Source of the DNA: Alphaproteobacteria bacterium | GTDB lineage: Bacteria > Pseudomonadota > Alphaproteobacteria > SP197 | Direction: 5' to 3' | NCBI GenBank assembly: GCA_965228895.1 | Contig: OZ245842.1 | Coordinates: 3,744,001 to 3,808,000, forward strand | DNA length: 64,000 nucleotides | Shown: piece by piece, positions 62,540 through 64,000 of the stretch | Numbering within the stretch: position 1 is the stretch's first letter | How the letters are laid out: each line of letters begins with the position of its first letter | The notes under the pieces: generated by a model | The model's input: the letters and a program-made list of their open reading frames with translations, nothing else | The model's database searches: none | What the model was told of the DNA's origin: nothing | Position numbers and translations under genes: made by a program

Positions 62540-62986
62540 ATGTCTTCATCATCGGCACTGTCGCCTCACCTGGCGGTCAAGGATGCCGCCGCCGCGATGG
62601 ATTTCTATCAGCGCGCACTGGGCGCCACCGAGCGGTTTCGTCTCACCGACGCATCCGGTACGGTCAGCCATGCGGAGATGGCGGTGAACGGCGCCGTCTT
62701 CATGCTGGCCGACGAGCACCCGGACTTCGGCGCTCTCTCGCCCCACACCATCGGCGGCTCACCGATCAAGCTGCATTTGACAGTCGACGATGTGGACGCC
62801 GCCGCGGCGCAGGCGGAAGACGCCGGCGCCACAATCCTGCGCGCGCCCAAGGACGAGTTTTATGGCGAACGGGTCGCGCAGATCGCCGACCCCTATGGCT
62901 ATACTTGGTTTCTGGCCTGCCAAATCGAAGACGTTGCGCCCGACGAGGTGCAGCGGCGTTGGAGCGAGGCGATGAACGGCAACTGA
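62540..62986 (+). CDS. VOC/glyoxalase (PhnB-like) family protein
   Basis: PHLAVKDAAAAMDFYQRALGA, HAEM, DEFYGER..DPYGYTW. Confidence 0.92.
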   Translation: MSSSSALSPHLAVKDAAAAMDFYQRALGATERFRLTDASGTVSHAEMAVNGAVFMLADEHPDFGALSPHTIGGSPIKLHLTVDDVDAAAAQAEDAGATILRAPKDEFYGERVAQIADPYGYTWFLACQIEDVAPDEVQRRWSEAMNGN

Positions 62987-63056
62987 TTGACGTCAGCCGG
63001 AATTGCGCGCCCACTCAGGGTCCGATTGCCCCTCTTGCAACAAAGGAGGTCGGTCC

Positions 63057-63506
63057 ATGGGCGACTTTCTGCGGTCGATGCTGAACGCCACACTCGTTCT
63101 GGTTATCATCTGTGCCGGGCTTCTGGTCTGGTTGGTCTATAAGGTCGACGCCGTTTCCAGCAGTGTCGCGGCCGACGTCGACATGCGCCTTGTCGAGGCG
63201 GTCGAGGCCGATGTCCGCGACGCCATCGACGAGATTCACGGGCTGCGCGATGACCTCAAGACCATGAACGAGCAGGTCGACGCCATGCTCGCCGATCCAG
63301 ACTCGCTGGTGACGCCGGAAATGCGCCGGGAACTCGAAGAAATCAACGCCTATGCCGACGAGATCGACCAAAAGCTCGACGAGCTCACCGCGCTCGACCA
63401 GGAACTCTCCGATCAGCAGATCCGCGAGATCGGCAAGTCGCTCGCCGAGGTCATTGTCGAAGCCCGAGGCTGCCGCGCCGAGAGCGACACAGCAGCCGGC
63501 TCATGA
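63057..63506 (+). CDS. Hypothetical membrane-anchored coiled-coil protein
   Basis: RBS AAGGAGG, one TM helix, acidic heptad-rich tail. Confidence 0.7.
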   Translation: MGDFLRSMLNATLVLVIICAGLLVWLVYKVDAVSSSVAADVDMRLVEAVEADVRDAIDEIHGLRDDLKTMNEQVDAMLADPDSLVTPEMRRELEEINAYADEIDQKLDELTALDQELSDQQIREIGKSLAEVIVEARGCRAESDTAAGS

Positions 63507-63623
63507 ACCGCCACCAACTCTCGAGAGAACCGCGCATCGACCTTTCGCGATAGACGGGCTTGCGACGGCATGCCAGGGTCGCGCCACATCGACAGAGCGC
63601 TTCATTTGATCGGGTCTAATGCC

Positions 63624-64000
63624 ATGCGTCTTATCGCTCTCGCCTTCGCCCTGTTCGTGGGGTCGACGCCCGCGCTCGCCGACACTCTCATCGTATGCAA
63701 CAAGTATGAGGGGACCGTCAGTTTCATCGATCTGGATTCCGGCGAGGAGGTCGCCCGCCGCGAAACGGGTCCGTCGCCCCACGAGGTCGCACTGTCGCCG
63801 GACGGCACACGGGCGGTCGTCGTGTCATACCTGGAGGACGGCTATGTCGGCCGCGAGCTCAACGTCTTTGAAATCGCGACCGCTGAACGCGTCCAGACGA
63901 TCCCGCTCGTCAACCACCTGGCGCCGCACGGCATCAAGTGGATCGGCGACACACAGAGCGTCATCGTCACCACCGAAGAGACACGCGATGTGATTAAGGT
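63624..64000 (+). CDS. Exported YncE/YVTN-type beta-propeller protein (partial)
   Basis: Not in ORF track. Manual translation MRLIALAFALFVGSTPALADTLIVCNKYEGTVSFIDLDSGEEVARRETGPSPHEVALSPDG. Confidence 0.85.
   Translation, partial: MRLIALAFALFVGSTPALADTLIVCNKYEGTVSFIDLDSGEEVARRETGPSPHEVALSPDGTRAVVVSYLEDGYVGRELNVFEIATAERVQTIPLVNHLAPHGIKWIGDTQSVIVTTEETRDVIK

Overview
GC-rich alphaproteobacterial chromosome segment (Ile/Ala tRNAs in the 16S-23S spacer, tRNA-fMet after 5S, alpha-type initiator anticodon stem; finer taxonomy not determined). A complete minus-strand rRNA operon (16S, tRNA-Ile, tRNA-Ala, 23S, 5S, tRNA-fMet; about 44.7-50.0 kb) splits the window. The left 44 kb looks accessory. It holds four orphan Tat-type PotD/PotF-like solute-binding proteins next to amine-acting enzymes (flavin amine oxidase, two PhyH dioxygenases, a SAM methyltransferase, a TMADH/DMADH/histamine-dehydrogenase-family enzyme, a GNAT), two paralogous BetI-like TetRs with a shared operator motif, and several LysRs. 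It also holds three class III nucleotidyl cyclases plus an internally deleted relic of a fourth, an ECF41 operon with a consensus promoter, a Dpp/Opp-type ABC operon and an asparaginase relic. A 28-bp duplication of the tRNA-fMet 3' end and a probable decayed serine-recombinase tail suggest islands accreted at this tRNA. Right of the rRNA operon lie an M23 peptidase with six tandem LysM/OapA-like modules, a CoA-transferase-like pair lacking the canonical beta-subunit Glu next to a homocysteine S-methyltransferase, MFS transporters and regulators. No CRISPR array, intact integrase/transposase or phage genes were recognised. All calls come from reading motifs by eye; no database searches were run.
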